A stretch of DNA of 47,679 nt. Origin: Kiritimatiellia bacterium. Lineage in GTDB: Bacteria; Verrucomicrobiota; Kiritimatiellia; RFP12; UBA1067. The position numbers and the translations under genes are program-made. The stretch's first letter is position 1. The number at the start of each line of letters is the position of its first letter. Where the stretch lies: the NCBI GenBank assembly GCA_045545855.1, contig JAZQBR010000324.1, positions 1-47,679 of the forward strand, read 5' to 3'. The notes below the pieces were generated by a model. The model saw only the letters and a program-made list of their open reading frames with translations. It had not been told where the DNA came from and ran no database searches. Of the stretch, positions 27,036 through 37,607 are shown piece by piece.

Positions 27036-29237
27036 TTACAGTTTTATCGGCACGACTCTCGTCGCGGAAAGGCGCCGCACGGTGAAATTCAGGTCTTTCT
27101 TGCCTTTGGTCTTTTCAAGAAAATCCTTGGCACTCTTGACGCCCTCGCCGTTGACATCGACAACCAGCTCCAGCGGTCTCATGCCGGCTACGGCCGCGAC
27201 GCCGCCGCTCTTCACTTTGGCGACCACGACCCCTGGAGCGTCTTCGCCAAGCTTGAAGTACTTTCTCACCTCATAAGTCATGTCGCAGACCGTGACGCCG
27301 AGCTCTTTGTTTCTGGCGCGCGGCGCGTTGCGGTAGTGGACCGGCGCGAGTTCGAGGACAGTCTTGCCCTCGCGGCGCTCGCCGTCAGAGACCCACGCGA
27401 TGACAACCTCGGCCCCGACGCCAAACTGCGCGAGCGTCTCGTTCACACCACTCTCGGCATTGGGCCACGGGGTAAACTCGCCAGACGAGCCGAATTCTAT
27501 AAACCTGTCGTCGGCGAAGGCTTCCTCCCAATTGATCTCTGAAAGCACATCGCGGTCGAGAGAGAAGGACGTGTCGTGAGAGCTGGCCGGATACTTCACC
27601 GAAACGAGTATGTCGCCCACCTTGATGCCCAGCTTGTCGGCCGGCGTGCCCGGCACGACCTCGGTGACGAGCGGGGCTCGGTCGACGTAATCCTTCAGAT
27701 ACGCCGTCGCCCTTTTCTCGCGCACGACATCCGCGCTCGCGGTCTGCACCTCGACGCCAAGCCACGGCGTGCGGCGACGATCGTCGGCCTTGCGCGGCAC
27801 GTTCTCTGCGTCGAACACCGGTTCGCCGACGAGCGAGACGAGCCGCTGGCCCTGAATGGCGAGAACGTCGCTCGACCAGCGACCGCGGCGGTTGGCCATG
27901 CTGACCATCGTCAATTTGCCGGCTGAAGAAACTATCAGAGCACCCTCCTTGCCGTCATCATCGCCGCGCAGGCTGGAGACCGGCGCGAACGAGGCGACCG
28001 TGATGTTGCCGCGCTCGCGTTCGAAGCCCTTCACCTGCATCAAGGCTTTATCCACGTCAAGCCTGCCGCCGCGGTTGCACACCCCGAAAAGCGCGAACGT
28101 GTCGCCCCAGAGGTCGAGCGCCTCGCGTCCGTCAATCGCGTACGGTTCGAGCCCGGCTGGCACGCCGTCCTTGAAGCGCGCCTCGAAACCGCCCTCCTCG
28201 ACATACGAACCGACGAAATCCAGCGGCGCTTTCGAGCCGTCAGGGAGCGTCGCCTCGATCTTCACCAGACGCGCCGTGTCGGCGGCGGCCAGCTTCGCAA
28301 GGACGATCATCTTGCCGCCCTCGACGAGCACGCCCATGGTATCGACATCGTTCTTCACATCATCATCGCGGCTGAAGCGCAGCGAGAAGCGTCCGCTCTC
28401 CTTGGCCTTCGCCTCAAGCTGCAGATAGACCGGCAGAACGGCCCTTCTCAGCCGGGCCTCGCGCTCGGCCATCCCCTCCAACCGCCTGGCGGCAGGTTCC
28501 ATCCGCCACTGCGCAGGCGGAACGAACGTCTCGGCGCCCAGCTCCATGATCTCGTCGAGCGCAATCGTCACCGCTTCGCCGTTCTCGTTCAGAACGAGCG
28601 TGTTGGGATTGCCCTCGTAGAGATCCAGCCCCAGTTCCACGTGATGGCGAAACGCCGAGATGTGCGACTCGTCGAAACCGGCGAGCGTCTCGCCGTTTTC
28701 GCGCGCGATAAAGAAATAAACTGGGGCCTGGGGCACGGTGCCACCTGCCGCAAAATCGAGAGCGCGCGCACCTGAAAGCGGCTTGTCGGTCTTGAGAACA
28801 AGCGCCTTGCGCTCCGGCGAGGCCTCGAACTCTACAGCTTTGGCGACCTCGCCGGCGCACTCCACTTCTATACGGTCGACAAACCCCGGATCGAGCAGCA
28901 GGTCCTTCATGAGTATGCGGTCGGGGGCGACGACGAACCCTATGAATTCGGCCGGGATGCCCTTTTCGGCCGACTGGTCGCCGCGATTGTAGTGCGTTTC
29001 GTGGCAGTTGGGGCACTTGTACGGTATTCTGAAATCAGGCTCCTCGCCCTTTTCGTTCTTCTTCAGATAGTAGCGCACCACAGCGAACGAATTCCTGTAT
29101 TCCTCCAACAGCTCGCGATTGAGTTTAGCTTCGTCAAGCGGCGTGAAATCGACTAGGACGCAATTCTCTTCGGACGCAACACCGGTGACGGCCGTCGCGA
29201 CAACGGCTGTAAACAGCCAATAGCCAATATTGATCAT
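27036..29237 (-). CDS. Exported PDZ protein with two degenerate trypsin-like domains
   Basis: Signal peptide; two repeats resembling trypsin strands (GFVVAPDRIL, GVLVEGGKMI) but no GNSGG; PWLGVEV...PGTPADKLGIKVGDIL and ELGVTV...GGVAAVAGMRP PDZ domains. Confidence 0.7.
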   Translation of the reverse strand: MINIGYWLFTAVVATAVTGVASEENCVLVDFTPLDEAKLNRELLEEYRNSFAVVRYYLKKNEKGEEPDFRIPYKCPNCHETHYNRGDQSAEKGIPAEFIGFVVAPDRILMKDLLLDPGFVDRIEVECAGEVAKAVEFEASPERKALVLKTDKPLSGARALDFAAGGTVPQAPVYFFIARENGETLAGFDESHISAFRHHVELGLDLYEGNPNTLVLNENGEAVTIALDEIMELGAETFVPPAQWRMEPAARRLEGMAEREARLRRAVLPVYLQLEAKAKESGRFSLRFSRDDDVKNDVDTMGVLVEGGKMIVLAKLAAADTARLVKIEATLPDGSKAPLDFVGSYVEEGGFEARFKDGVPAGLEPYAIDGREALDLWGDTFALFGVCNRGGRLDVDKALMQVKGFERERGNITVASFAPVSSLRGDDDGKEGALIVSSAGKLTMVSMANRRGRWSSDVLAIQGQRLVSLVGEPVFDAENVPRKADDRRRTPWLGVEVQTASADVVREKRATAYLKDYVDRAPLVTEVVPGTPADKLGIKVGDILVSVKYPASSHDTSFSLDRDVLSEINWEEAFADDRFIEFGSSGEFTPWPNAESGVNETLAQFGVGAEVVIAWVSDGERREGKTVLELAPVHYRNAPRARNKELGVTVCDMTYEVRKYFKLGEDAPGVVVAKVKSGGVAAVAGMRPLELVVDVNGEGVKSAKDFLEKTKGKKDLNFTVRRLSATRVVPIKL

Positions 29238-30586
29238 AGTTCATCCTCCTTATCAGGGTCTGTGCGGTAGTTGAGAATCAGATGCATCGTACGGCCCTTG
29301 CGCGTGATATCGACACCCACCTGGGTCGTCTTGTCGAGGTTGGCCATCGCCTCATCGTAGAGCTTCTGGAGCTCGGCGACCGACTTGACCTCGCGCCCGT
29401 TCCACTTGCGTATTATGTCGCGCGAAACGAAGCCGGCGTTGTCGGCGTTGCCGTCCCACGATACGGACGAGACGAAGACACCCCCGTCTGGCGCAAAGAA
29501 GGCGAGGTCGGGCGTGTCGAAACGGTTGACATCCTTGGCAGTAAAACCCCAGCGGCGAAACTCCACCTCTTTACCTTCGACGGCGCCCTTCGAGCGCGCC
29601 ACGATCTCGACGCTTTTCATCTCGCCGCCGCGCACGTAATCAAATTTGACGGGCGCGTCCCACTCGCGCAGGGCGAGCGAACGGTTGAGAGCCGGTATCT
29701 CTTCGCGGAACACCGCCGTCACAGGCACGCCGTCGATAGCGATGACGCGGTCGTTCGGCTCGAGACCAGCCGTGCGCGCCGGCCCCTGGGGATCCGTGCC
29801 GGCGACGACAACGCCGTTCGTCGCGTCAAAGGCGGTGTCGCGCTCGAAGTCCTTGAGCGGTTGCCAGTCGATACCAAACCACGCCCAATGGGCGTCGCCG
29901 TGGGCGCGCAGATTCGGCAGAAGCTCCAAAATCGTCGGCGACGGAATGGTAAAGCCCTGCGCACCCTGAGTGTTGCCGCGAGCGTTGAGGCCGACAACCT
30001 CGCCTCGGGTGTCGACTAGAGGCCCGCCGGAATTGCCCGGCGAAATCGCCGCGTCGGTCTGGTACCAGAGCGTGTAGTCGCCAGCGCCCTCGAGGTAGCG
30101 GTCGTTGCACGAGATTATGCCCATCGACACGGACCGCGCCAACCCCCACGGCGCGCCCATCGCGAGCACGACCGCGCCTATGTCGAGGCGCCTGGACGAG
30201 AGCCTCGCGGCCGGAAAAACCGTACCGGTTGGCGCCGAGAGCCGCAGAAGCGCGACGTCGAGATCCTTGTCCTTGCCGATTACCTCGGCGTCGTACATGC
30301 CGCCGTCGGTGAGCTGGCAGCGTATGCGGGAGGCGCGGTCGATGACATGATGATTCGTGAGAAGTTCACCGTCTGGCGTCACTATAACGCCGGAACCCGA
30401 GGCTTGCAGCTTCTCGAGCTTGCCGCCGCTAGCGTCCTCTGTTATCACGCGTATGTAGACGAGAGACGGGAAGACCGCGTCTTTCGCCTCCTTGACGGTA
30501 TCCCTGAAATCCGCTGCTGGGTTCATGCATCCCGCGAGCGCGGCAGCGGCGGCAAGTATGGCGAAGCGGGCAGTTGGTTTGTTCAT
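29234..30586 (-). CDS. HtrA/DegP-like serine protease with two PDZ domains, predicted lipoprotein
   Basis: True start MNKPTARF at 30586 (ATGA overlap with glnS); LAGC lipobox; GSGVI, LTNHHV, DLDVALL, QTDAAISPGNSGGPL. Confidence 0.92.
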   Translation of the reverse strand: MNKPTARFAILAAAAALAGCMNPAADFRDTVKEAKDAVFPSLVYIRVITEDASGGKLEKLQASGSGVIVTPDGELLTNHHVIDRASRIRCQLTDGGMYDAEVIGKDKDLDVALLRLSAPTGTVFPAARLSSRRLDIGAVVLAMGAPWGLARSVSMGIISCNDRYLEGAGDYTLWYQTDAAISPGNSGGPLVDTRGEVVGLNARGNTQGAQGFTIPSPTILELLPNLRAHGDAHWAWFGIDWQPLKDFERDTAFDATNGVVVAGTDPQGPARTAGLEPNDRVIAIDGVPVTAVFREEIPALNRSLALREWDAPVKFDYVRGGEMKSVEIVARSKGAVEGKEVEFRRWGFTAKDVNRFDTPDLAFFAPDGGVFVSSVSWDGNADNAGFVSRDIIRKWNGREVKSVAELQKLYDEAMANLDKTTQVGVDITRKGRTMHLILNYRTDPDKEDEL

Positions 30587-32304
30587 TGGGGTTTGTACGA
30601 GTCTTTCAGTGAAACGGTTCTGTTGAATACGGGCGCGTCTGGCTTGAAGTCGCGTTCGTCGGCGACGAAGTAGCCTGTGCGCTCGAACTGGAATCTCTCG
30701 CCCGGAGCGGCGCCGGCGAGGAGAGGCTCCACATACCCGCGCACGACCTTCAGGGAATCGGGGTTCATGTACTTGAGAAACTCCGATGGGCCGTCCTTGA
30801 GAGGATCCTTTTCGGTGAAAAGCCTGTCGTAAAGGCGAAACTCCGCCGGCGCACCGCTCGCGCAGTCGACCCAGTGGATTGTGCCCTTGACCTTGCGCCC
30901 GTCTGCGGCGTTGCCGCCCCACGACGCCTCGTCCCACGTACCGTGTATCTCGACGACCTCGCCCGAAGCGTCCTTCACGCAACCGGTACACTTGAAAATA
31001 CACGCGCCGCGCAGCCTTACTTCCTGTCCGGGCGCCATCCTGAAGAACTTCTTCTCGGGCACCTCCATGAAGTCCGCGCGATCTATCCAGACCGTGCCCC
31101 CGAAAGGTATCTTGCGCGTTCCGGCGCTCTCGTCCAGCGGATTGTTCGGCAACTCCACATCCCTCGCGCCGCCCTGCCAGTTGTCGACGACTACCTTGAC
31201 CGAATCGAGCACCGCCATGCGCCTGAGAGCCTTCTGGTTCAGCTCCTCGCGCACGCACCACTCAAGAAGCGCGGGGTCGCTCTCGCTCTCGACCTTCGTG
31301 ACGCCGACTCGCTCGCAGAACTCGCGAATCGCTCCCGGTGTATAGCCGCGCCGGCGCATCCCGCACACCGTAGGCATGCGAGGGTCGTCCCAGCCGGCGA
31401 CGTGCCCATCCGTAACGAGCTGCAGAAGAAGCCGCTTCGACATCACCGTGTACGTTATATTGAGCCGCGCGAACTCGCGCTGCTGCGTGCGCAGCTTGAC
31501 GCCGTTCCTGACGGGCAGAAGCCCCATTTCGTCGAGCCTGTCGACAACCCAGTCGTACAACGGACGGTGCACCTCGAACTCCAGCGTGCACATCGAGTGG
31601 GTTACGCCCTCCAGCGCGTCCTCTATCGGGTGGGCGAAGTCGTACATCGGGTATACGCACCACTTGTCGCCGAGATGGTAGTGGGAGACGTGGCGTATGC
31701 GGTAGATGACGGGGTCCCGAAAGTGGATGTTGGGCGAGGCCATATCGATCTTCGCCCTAAGGCACCATTCGCCGTCTGCGTATTTGCCGTCCCGCATTTC
31801 GCGAAAGAGCTTCAAGTTGCGCTCGGGCGTCGTGTCGCGCGAAGGCGAGGGCCGCCCCGGACGCTCCGGTACGCCGCGGTACTCCTTCCACTCCTCCTGT
31901 GTGAGATTGCAGCAGTACGCCTGGCCGCGGCGTATGAGCTCCTCGGCTATCTCGTACATTTTGTCGAACATGTTCGACGCGTTGTAGAAGCCGGGCTCCT
32001 TGCCGTCGCCCTCGCCCGACCACTCGAAACCGAGCCAGCGGATATCCTTCTTTATGTTCTCGGCGTACTCGTCAGACTCCTTTGTCGGGTTGGTGTCGTC
32101 GAGCCGCAGATGGCACTCGCCGCCGAAAAGCTGCGCCATGCCAAAATCAAGACACACGGCCTTGGCGTGTCCTATATGGATGTAGCCGTTCGGTTCCGGC
32201 GGGAAGCGCGTAACGACCTTGCCGCCGGTTCTGCCCTCGGCGACGTCCTTTTCAATCCACTGCCGCAGAAAGTGCCTTGACGTATCTGATTCGTTTGTAG
32301 CCAT
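30583..32304 (-). CDS. glnS: Glutamine--tRNA ligase
   Basis: TRFPPEPNGYIHIGH, DDTNP, YPMYDFAH, CTLEF, MSKR, GWDDPRMPT, KGTIHWV, FQFERTGYF. Confidence 0.97.
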   Translation of the reverse strand: MATNESDTSRHFLRQWIEKDVAEGRTGGKVVTRFPPEPNGYIHIGHAKAVCLDFGMAQLFGGECHLRLDDTNPTKESDEYAENIKKDIRWLGFEWSGEGDGKEPGFYNASNMFDKMYEIAEELIRRGQAYCCNLTQEEWKEYRGVPERPGRPSPSRDTTPERNLKLFREMRDGKYADGEWCLRAKIDMASPNIHFRDPVIYRIRHVSHYHLGDKWCVYPMYDFAHPIEDALEGVTHSMCTLEFEVHRPLYDWVVDRLDEMGLLPVRNGVKLRTQQREFARLNITYTVMSKRLLLQLVTDGHVAGWDDPRMPTVCGMRRRGYTPGAIREFCERVGVTKVESESDPALLEWCVREELNQKALRRMAVLDSVKVVVDNWQGGARDVELPNNPLDESAGTRKIPFGGTVWIDRADFMEVPEKKFFRMAPGQEVRLRGACIFKCTGCVKDASGEVVEIHGTWDEASWGGNAADGRKVKGTIHWVDCASGAPAEFRLYDRLFTEKDPLKDGPSEFLKYMNPDSLKVVRGYVEPLLAGAAPGERFQFERTGYFVADERDFKPDAPVFNRTVSLKDSYKPQ

Positions 32305-32345
32305 TCTATTGCCGCCCTTGTATTCTTGTGCGATTGCCGCGCCGT

Positions 32346-32891
32346 CTATCTGACGCCCCCGTTAGCCTTGGCGAGCTTCTTGAGTTTCGCCGCAACAGCG
32401 AGTCTCTCGACCGCCGTCATGTGATCGACGTAGAGTATGCCGTTCAAATGGTCGACCTCGTGCTGGATGGCGCGCGCGAGAAAGCCCCTCGCGGTTATCA
32501 TCTGCGGACGGTTCTCGCAGTCGAGAAACTGACACGTCACCTGATTGGCGCGCGTTATCGACCCGCCCACCCCGGGAAAACTGAGGCACCCCTCCTTGTC
32601 GCGCTGGGAACCTTCCATCGAGACAATCTCGGGGTTGAACATTACGAGCGGCATCGCCACCGGCGCGTTGAAAAGCTCGTTCTCGGGGTCGTCGCAACCC
32701 TCGGGTATGTCTATGACGCAAACCTTCTCCAGACGGCCGACCTGCTCAGCTGCGAGGCCTACACCGCGCGACTTGCGCATAGTCTCGAGCATATCGACGG
32801 CGAGCCGCCTGAGTTCGTCGGTCACAAGCGCGACATTGGCCGCTTTCTCCCTAAGCACTTTTTCGCCGTACTTGCAGACGTTGAGAATCAT
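32346..32891 (-). CDS. def: Peptide deformylase
   Basis: GVGLAAEQVG, EGCLS, QHEVDHL. Confidence 0.97.
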   Translation of the reverse strand: MILNVCKYGEKVLREKAANVALVTDELRRLAVDMLETMRKSRGVGLAAEQVGRLEKVCVIDIPEGCDDPENELFNAPVAMPLVMFNPEIVSMEGSQRDKEGCLSFPGVGGSITRANQVTCQFLDCENRPQMITARGFLARAIQHEVDHLNGILYVDHMTAVERLAVAAKLKKLAKANGGVR

Positions 32892-32925
32892 CTAAAGCCT
32901 CCTTCAATGCGTCGGTCCTGCCTGA

Positions 32926-33360
32926 TCAGCCCCTGACGCCGGTCGAGCCGAAGCCGCCGGCGCCCCGTTCAGTCTCGTCAACCTCGAATGTCTCCGAGAC
33001 TTCTGCCCGCGTGACGGGCGCGATGACCAGCTGCGCGACCTTGTCGCCTTTGGCGACCCGAAAGTCGCCGTCGCCGGTATTGAACAGTATCACACCGACC
33101 TCGCCGCGATAACCGGCGTCGATAGTGCCCGGCGTGTTCAGAACCGTTATGCCGCTCTTGAGGGCGAGGCCAGAGCGCGGACGCACCTGGGCCTCGTAAC
33201 CGGGCGGGAGCATCATGACGAGACCTGTCGGCACAAGCGCCCTGCCGCGCGCCGGCACCACTACATCTGCGACGCTTCTAACGTCCATGCCCGCGTCGCC
33301 ATCGTGGGCATACGCGGGCAGGACTGCGTCAGGGTTGATTCTCCTGAACTTAATCGTCAT
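32926..33360 (-). CDS. dut: dUTP diphosphatase
   Basis: [34 protein letters not shown]; start at 33360 or 33366. Confidence 0.96.
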   Translation of the reverse strand: MTIKFRRINPDAVLPAYAHDGDAGMDVRSVADVVVPARGRALVPTGLVMMLPPGYEAQVRPRSGLALKSGITVLNTPGTIDAGYRGEVGVILFNTGDGDFRVAKGDKVAQLVIAPVTRAEVSETFEVDETERGAGGFGSTGVRG

Positions 33361-35164
33361 CGCCATTTTCCGCCCCGGACGGAGCGGCGGGTTCGGCCGC
33401 CGCTCGGCTTGAACGGTCCTTGTAGCCGCGCTTCTTGAGATTCTCCTCCAGCCATTCGCCGAAGCTGTCGATCGACTGGCCTGCGGCCGCGACGCGCGCG
33501 GCAAAGGTCTCGCCGCGCCAAAGCTGCGCGACATCGCCGGGCACGCGGTCGTTGCACACGACCAGCGCCGCCCTGCCGGTGCCGAGCGGAATATACTCCG
33601 AAACCTCGCCCTTGCCGAGCTTGCGCGCCGCGAAAACGACCCTCTGCGCGTTCTGAAAGCCCGCGAGCTTGAAGTCCCACTCGCCGCGCATGTTCATCCA
33701 GCCGAACGCGTAGTCGCTCGCGAAAGCAGAAGGCGAGAATGTCAGGTTTGTGGTGACATTGCCGGAGGCGAGAACCGCTTCGGCACCCTTCTTGGCCACA
33801 GCCTCGACTGTCGCCTTGAATGCGTCGGCCTTCGCGTCCCTGAGAGCCATGTCGCCGATCTTGTCCTTCACCAGATCGAACGCCGGCTTTTCGACAGCGT
33901 CCTCGCAGGCGGAGAGCGCGACGACCCAGACATACTTGTCGGAGTCTACGCTTTCGACCAGACTGTCGCGGCGAATGAGGCTCTGGGCCTTGCGGTTGAA
34001 GAGATCGCGCTTGACGCCCGGGAACTGGGCCGAAACAGATGCCACGAAGCCGGGTACTCGCGTTGAGCCGAGGCTGACCCAGTCGCTCTCCTTGAGCTCC
34101 GCTCCCTTCTCGGCCGCGAGAGACGGCAGGAACTTGGCGGCCTCTTCGAGCGCGAGCTCGTCGATATCTTCGTAGTACGGCAGACGCGACTCGATGTCGG
34201 CCTTGAGAGCCTCGAGCGAGAGCTCGTGGCGCAAGGCCGTCTCGATCGCCGCGCGCACATCTTCAAGCGGCTTGACCGTCTTGACATCGTTCGTCGTGGC
34301 GGGCGGTACATCATACATGCCCTTGGACGAATTCTCGTCGTAGCGGGCCTGAATCGCCTCTTCGGTCACCTCGACGGCGGCAAGCAGGTTTGAAGCGTCG
34401 GCGTCGAACCTCACGTAGCTCAGCTTGAAGCGCTCGGGTATCGCGAGAGAGTCGATATTCTTGTCGTACCACGCCTTAAGCCCGGCGTCGTCGAGTTTTA
34501 CAGCATCGGCGGCCGCCTTGTCTTCGTTGAACGTCGCGACCTGCACCGTGAACTTGTCGGTGAAATCGCGGCACGCCTGGTCGAACTCCATTGAAGAGCC
34601 CCATGTCTTGGACCTCTCAATCCCGAACAGCCCCTGCTGGATAGTCATCCAAAGGCGCAGCTGGGTCTCGAACACCTTGGGCTCGACGCCGAAGTTGCGC
34701 TTCACGATCTGCTTGTAGGCAGCATCGCTGAAGACGCCGTCCTGCGATGTGAAATCTTCGCGAATCCTCGCCGCGAGCATAGCGTCGGGCACGTCGTAGC
34801 CTGCCTCGCGAAACGCCTTGACGGCGGCATAGGCCTTCCACGCGCTACGCTCGTCGCTGAAGCGGCGGCGGCCCTGGCCCTCGGTGAAGAACGACGCTAT
34901 CTGCGCGTCGATGTACTGCATGCCCGAGACCGCGTTGCGGCCCATGACATACTCCGGTATGAACGCGCTGACCAGAAACTCGCAGTCCCTGAAGAGATCC
35001 GCGTCGAACTTGTCGTTTTCGAGACGGCTCTCGTCCGCCGGTCGCTTCTCTTCGTCGCCGCGGAACCAGTCGTCGGGCGCGACGAACGCCAGGCAGACCA
35101 CTATTGCGAACACGCCCCATACCCACTTGTTGCGGATGAGCTTGTTGAACTGATGAATGACCAT
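33350..35164 (-). CDS. PpiD/SurA-N-like membrane-anchored periplasmic chaperone
   Basis: N-terminal KLIRNKW plus one TM segment; F..DGVFS.AAY; LKAWYDKN; IQARYDEN; [10 protein letters not shown]; [10 protein letters not shown]. Confidence 0.7.
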   Translation of the reverse strand: MVIHQFNKLIRNKWVWGVFAIVVCLAFVAPDDWFRGDEEKRPADESRLENDKFDADLFRDCEFLVSAFIPEYVMGRNAVSGMQYIDAQIASFFTEGQGRRRFSDERSAWKAYAAVKAFREAGYDVPDAMLAARIREDFTSQDGVFSDAAYKQIVKRNFGVEPKVFETQLRLWMTIQQGLFGIERSKTWGSSMEFDQACRDFTDKFTVQVATFNEDKAAADAVKLDDAGLKAWYDKNIDSLAIPERFKLSYVRFDADASNLLAAVEVTEEAIQARYDENSSKGMYDVPPATTNDVKTVKPLEDVRAAIETALRHELSLEALKADIESRLPYYEDIDELALEEAAKFLPSLAAEKGAELKESDWVSLGSTRVPGFVASVSAQFPGVKRDLFNRKAQSLIRRDSLVESVDSDKYVWVVALSACEDAVEKPAFDLVKDKIGDMALRDAKADAFKATVEAVAKKGAEAVLASGNVTTNLTFSPSAFASDYAFGWMNMRGEWDFKLAGFQNAQRVVFAARKLGKGEVSEYIPLGTGRAALVVCNDRVPGDVAQLWRGETFAARVAAAGQSIDSFGEWLEENLKKRGYKDRSSRAAAEPAAPSGAENGDDD

Positions 35165-35237
35165 TTTTCTACTTTGTGCTTTCTGTTTGTTGTTTTGTCT
35201 TCAAATCTGCATAGCCAGACGGCGGCTCCGTTTGCCG

Positions 35238-36374
35238 TCAGAACAAGTCCTCGTCGTCCGTCGAACCGCCTTCGTCCTCGGCCGGCTCCTCGTCGGCCGG
35301 GGCCGCTTCGGTCTCATCGGCCTCTAAATTGGCGCCTTCGGCGTCCTGCGTGTCGGCGATGTTGGCGGCACGGCGGGCGAGTTCGTCGCGATCCTTCTTC
35401 GAGGTGGGCCCGAGCTCGCCCGAATTGACCTCTACGGTCTTTTCGGTGAACGCACAACGGTTCTTGAGGTTGCCGCCGGCGTCAAACGTCATGACCGTGA
35501 CCGCCAGCTTCTCGCCGAGAGCGGGCAGCGCGCGGTGAATCCTGACTGCAGTGCGCGGCGATAGCTTCCAGTCCAAAACCCTGTCCTCGAGCTTGATCTC
35601 GCCCGTGCCGTAGTCCTTCAGCTGGAAGCGCCCCTGATCGAGGCGCACGAGCACATCGCCGCGCTGGCCGTGAAGCGACGTAAAGAGAAGGTCCTGAGAC
35701 GTGCGAATCTTTATCTCGTTCGCCGCACGCATGCCTATAACATCGAAGTGGCGGCCCTTCACAGACAGCGCCGCGGTGACGCAGCGTATGACCGCCTCGT
35801 CGCCGTCGCCTGTCGTGCGGTACGTGTAGCGCGACTCGCCCGCCGGGTTGTAGGCGGTGAAGCCGGGCGCCACGACCGAGAACGCGCCCTCGGGCAGATT
35901 GTTCGGCACCTTGAGAGTAATCGTGCCTGAAACGAGATTTACCGCGCGCACCTGCTCGCCCATCGCCTGCACCCTGGTGCCGAACGAGGCGATCTTGCGC
36001 ACGAACACCTCGCAGTCGCGACCGAAGACGATCCTCAGCCTAGACTCGGGCGTCAGCGTGCGGTAGACGGTGCCAAGCGGATAGTACCGGCCCTCTTCAA
36101 TAGCCTTCCACTCCTTCGAGCCGGGCACGAACACCTCGGCCCCGCCCTCGACCTCGCGGCAGTAAGGCAGCAGATAGAAAAGTCTGCTCGACGACTTCTT
36201 GCCGCCCGCGGCTTCGCCCTCGGCCTCTTCGCCGGCCGCGGCTTCGCCCGCTTCGGAGGTTTCGGCCGGCTCCTCGGCCGGCTCTTCGGCGAGAAGGTCG
36301 TCAAGATCCTGCGCACCGGCGCCGAGCGCGGCGACGGCCGAGGCCACTGCAAGCATTCGTACTAGAGTTTTCAT
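35238..36374 (-). CDS. Secreted hypothetical protein with a FecR-like beta core and acidic termini
   Basis: Signal peptide (AGA-Q); VEGGAEV...W...RTLTPESRLRIVF...VNLVSGTITLKV; E/A-rich ends. Confidence 0.6.
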   Translation of the reverse strand: MKTLVRMLAVASAVAALGAGAQDLDDLLAEEPAEEPAETSEAGEAAAGEEAEGEAAGGKKSSSRLFYLLPYCREVEGGAEVFVPGSKEWKAIEEGRYYPLGTVYRTLTPESRLRIVFGRDCEVFVRKIASFGTRVQAMGEQVRAVNLVSGTITLKVPNNLPEGAFSVVAPGFTAYNPAGESRYTYRTTGDGDEAVIRCVTAALSVKGRHFDVIGMRAANEIKIRTSQDLLFTSLHGQRGDVLVRLDQGRFQLKDYGTGEIKLEDRVLDWKLSPRTAVRIHRALPALGEKLAVTVMTFDAGGNLKNRCAFTEKTVEVNSGELGPTSKKDRDELARRAANIADTQDAEGANLEADETEAAPADEEPAEDEGGSTDDEDLF

Positions 36375-36407
36375 ATCGTGCCTTTCTTGGTTTGGCGCTT
36401 GGGCCTG

Positions 36408-37580
36408 TTAGACGAGGTGCGCACCCTCGGACGGCTTGATCAGGCTGACGGTCGGTTCGTCGCCGAACTTGGCCTTGTACTCCTTGGTGATCTGGGCCGC
36501 GATTTTGTCGGCCGCCGACGGATCGACGAGAAGGCAGCAGCTGCCGCCGAAACCGCCGCCCGACAGACGCGCGCCGTAGACTTCGGGTATCGCCTTCGCC
36601 GCGTCGACGATCGCGTCGAGCTCCTCGCAGGAGTTCTCAAACCAGTTGCGGCTGGACTCGTGGGAGTCGTACATAAGCGCGCCGAACGCCTTTAGGTCGC
36701 CCTTGGCGAGCAGCTCCGCGCCCTGGAGGACGCGCTCGTCTTCGCCGATCGGGTGGACTGCCCTCTTCGCCGTGGTCTCGCTAAGGCCGCCGCGGTAAAG
36801 CACCCACTCGGCCATCGTGACGTCGCGCAGGTGGGTGACTGGCTTGCGCAGAACGCCCGCGAAATACTTCGCGGCGTCTTCGCACGCCTGGCGCCTGGAG
36901 GCGTAGGCCCCGTCGACGAGGGCGTGCTTGGCGTTCGACTTGACCATCATGAAAGCGACCGTCGGGCCGAGGTCGACGTTCTCGAACTTGCAGTAGCGGA
37001 AGTCGCTCTTGACGAGCGCGCCTTCCTTGCCGTAGAGCGACGAGGCCTGATCGAGAAGCCCGCACGGGCAGCCGGCGAACGTGTGTTCTGCCTTCTGACC
37101 GATCTTCGCGAGGGTCGTCTTGTCCTTCTCTATGCCGTAAATCTTCGAAAGCGCGAGAACCGTACACATCTCGAGCGCGGCCGACGAACTGAGACCCGCG
37201 CCGAGCGGGATGTTGCCGAGGAACATCGCCTTCCAGCCGTGCCCGGCCGCGGCCGGATTGCCGTCGAAAAGCCAGTTGAACGTGCCGGTCACGTAGTTCT
37301 GCCATGTCATCTCCTTGGCGGGGGCGACAGTGTCGATCGTGAACTTGGCCGTCTCCATGAAATCGCCGGCCGTCAGCTCGCACGTTGCGTCGGCCGTGGG
37401 CGAGACGGCGAAGAACGTGCCCTTGTCGATGGCTGCCGAGAAGACGTACCCTTCGTTGTAGTCTGTATGATTGCCGAGCACCTCTATGCGCCCGGGCGCG
37501 TAGGCGACGACCTGAGGCTTCTCGCCGTAGAGCTTTTCAAACTTGGCGACCAGTTCGTCGTAGACTTCCTTGTTCTGCAT
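36408..37580 (-). CDS. galK: Galactokinase (GHMP family)
   Basis: APGRIEVLGNHTDYNEG, PLGAGLSSSAA, PCGLLDQ, GARLSGGGFGG. Confidence 0.92.
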   Translation of the reverse strand: MQNKEVYDELVAKFEKLYGEKPQVVAYAPGRIEVLGNHTDYNEGYVFSAAIDKGTFFAVSPTADATCELTAGDFMETAKFTIDTVAPAKEMTWQNYVTGTFNWLFDGNPAAAGHGWKAMFLGNIPLGAGLSSSAALEMCTVLALSKIYGIEKDKTTLAKIGQKAEHTFAGCPCGLLDQASSLYGKEGALVKSDFRYCKFENVDLGPTVAFMMVKSNAKHALVDGAYASRRQACEDAAKYFAGVLRKPVTHLRDVTMAEWVLYRGGLSETTAKRAVHPIGEDERVLQGAELLAKGDLKAFGALMYDSHESSRNWFENSCEELDAIVDAAKAIPEVYGARLSGGGFGGSCCLLVDPSAADKIAAQITKEYKAKFGDEPTVSLIKPSEGAHLV

Positions 37581-37607
37581 GGCTTTGACCTTTCTTTCAG
37601 TTGGTTG

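Noticed and set aside
28995-29020. CPNCH read as proof of a c-type cytochrome
   Set aside because: A single motif in a non-cytochrome context; CxxCxxxH zinc binding is equally plausible, so it is kept only as part of the HtrA-partner finding
29234-31261. N-terminal extension of HtrA into glnS, and likewise 40897..43119 into tkt and 32926..33534 into the PpiD-like gene
   Set aside because: Alternative-frame run-on; the true starts are 30586 (lipoprotein signal), 42633 and about 33360
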